DNA of 64,000 nucleotides from Zootoca vivipara (Eukaryota), in contig NC_083288.1 in assembly GCF_963506605.1 (NCBI RefSeq), positions 26,970,001-27,034,000 of the forward strand, in the 5' to 3' direction. Every line of letters begins with the position of its first letter. Position 1 is the stretch's first letter. Below are positions 62,481-64,000 of the stretch, in pieces. Under the pieces are notes generated by a model. It saw only the letters and a program-made list of their open reading frames with translations. It ran no database searches and had not been told where the DNA came from. The position numbers were made by a program, and so were the translations under genes.

Positions 62481-62608
62481 NNNNNNNNNNNNNNNNNNNN
62501 NNNNNNNNNNNNNNNNNNNNNNNNNNNNNNNNNNNNNNNNNNNNNNNNNNNNNNNNNNNNNNNNNNNNNNNNNNNNNNNNNNNNNNNNNNNNNNNNNNNN
62601 NNNNNNNN
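62481..62608. other. Assembly gap (N run)
   Basis: 128 Ns. Confidence 1.
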
Positions 62609-62704
62609 GGGAAAGCTTGGAGGAAATTACAATCGGGGCTTGTGTGCATAGGGGCCAACTCCTAGGGGCCAACACCCCCCCCAATACTTGCCCCCCATAT
62701 TTTA

Positions 62705-62970
62705 CAGTGGAACCTCGGTTTACGAACGCAATCCGTTCCACGGAGGCGTTCGTAAACGGAGGCATTCGCTCCCCGAAGGCACGCTTTTGCGTGTGCGCGA
62801 AGTGCTGGTAGAGTGCTTCTGCGCACGCACACGCTGCGCAGATCGCTTCTGCGCATGCACAAGCTGCGCGTCCGACACCACGGAACCCAGATGTAAACAC
62901 TTCCAGGTCCGTGGCGTTCTTAAACGGAGGTGTTCATAAACAGAGGTAGTTGTAAACCGAGGTTCCACTG
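62705..62970. mobile_element. Tigger-like MITE
   Basis: TIR cagtggaacctcggtttac / gtaaaccgaggttccactg with TA flanks. Confidence 0.88.
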
Positions 62971-63130
62971 TATTCAAATTAGCACCCCTGTTTCCATGGA
63001 TTAATGTTCACTCTAATTCAGTGGTAAAACACAGATTTTCGGGGGGGGGGGAGCCCCGGGAAAAAATAAACAAAAACCATGGGCCATGGGTGAGGTCATT
63101 ATACACCCTTTCACACTTGAAAATTCACGC

Positions 63131-63132
<2 letters not shown>

Positions 63133-63175
<43 letters not shown>
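63133..63175 (+). repeat. (CA)n microsatellite
   Basis: Seen directly. Confidence 0.95.
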
Positions 63176-63179
<4 letters not shown>

Positions 63180-64000
63180 ACCCTTTCCCCTCCCCTTGCT
63201 GCTCCTCTGATTAGGAAACAGCCAAAAAGTCAGGAAAGATCACTAGAGAGGAATCCGTGCCCCACACTCTCTCAAACACACATGCCCATTCATGCACAGG
63301 CTCCCAAAGACATATTGTGCCCAGCCAGCCTCCTCTCTGCACAGTCTTGCCCCCTGGTGCTTCATTGATTGAGAAACAGCTGAGCAAGAAGGTGATGGAT
63401 GGCTGATGAAGGACTTTGTGTGAGAGGCAGGGAAGGGAAGAATTCCCAGGGTAGGAGGCTGGAAGAAGAAATGGAAGCCTCCAGGTGAGAGCTGGGAGAG
63501 TCCACTCCTTTTGGTATGAGAAGGGTTAAGCTCTACCCCTAATAGAGGGCTCTGTGTTTTCTTCTCTCTCTCTTTCCCCTCCTATAGAAGGAGTGTGTTT
63601 GTGCAGGCTCCTCACCCCTGTTCTATAGCTTGGAGGCCTACTCGGCTTGACCTATGGGGTTCTCAAGTCAGCAAGCACAGGGAGGAAAGTGACAAGAAGG
63701 GATCATACCTGGATGCGAACGAAGCGAGGTACAGCATAGGCTGGCAACAAATCATTGGCATGCGCATACAGCTCCTGCCCATCAAAGGAGTGCCCCTTCT
63801 TAAGGCAGATTGCAGCCATCCCAGTCTTTCCTTCGTGGCCTGGGACAAACCAGTTGGGGGTGTGGAAAGCCATGTCACGCATAAATGGATGTACCTAGAA
63901 CAGCTGTGGACTTAACTCACCAAATAGCCCGAGGCGGCTAGCTAAAAACAGTCCAATTCGCACAGATCTTTTCCTTTTTAATTTTTATTTTTTTTTGGAT

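Noticed and set aside
62307-62900. ORFs spanning the N gap
   Set aside because: Artefacts of Ns plus a Tigger MITE.
63910-63945. Minus-strand donor-like site (ttg|gtgagt) as the penultimate SLC27A exon
   Set aside because: The upstream translation does not give the expected YARPxFLRIQ-type motif; it looks repeat-derived.

Overview
Vertebrate genomic DNA from a squamate, probably a lacertid lizard. The taxon call rests on Sauria SINEs, BovB, Penelope-like fragments and hAT/Tigger MITEs. Gene order: CpG-island promoter and 4-coding-exon THAP7 (+); a 3-coding-exon gene (+) joining an NLRP3-like pyrin domain (PYD) to a PRY/SPRY (B30.2) domain, with an ISRE just before its putative first exon; a cluster of class II olfactory receptors; a V2R relic; an intact, intron-containing Harbinger-transposase-derived (HARBI1/ALP1-like) gene (-) lacking two of three DDE residues; an OR pseudogene; and the last exon of an SLC27A2/5-like gene (-). 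The OR cluster holds one receptor on -, a recent tandem pair on + whose breakpoints fall in MITE copies, and one lacking an ATG. The best candidate for an undescribed system is the compact PYD-B30.2 'mini-pyrin' gene with interferon/NF-kB-type motifs. The catalytically dead domesticated Harbinger gene is second. All homology calls were made by eye against remembered family motifs; no searches were run.
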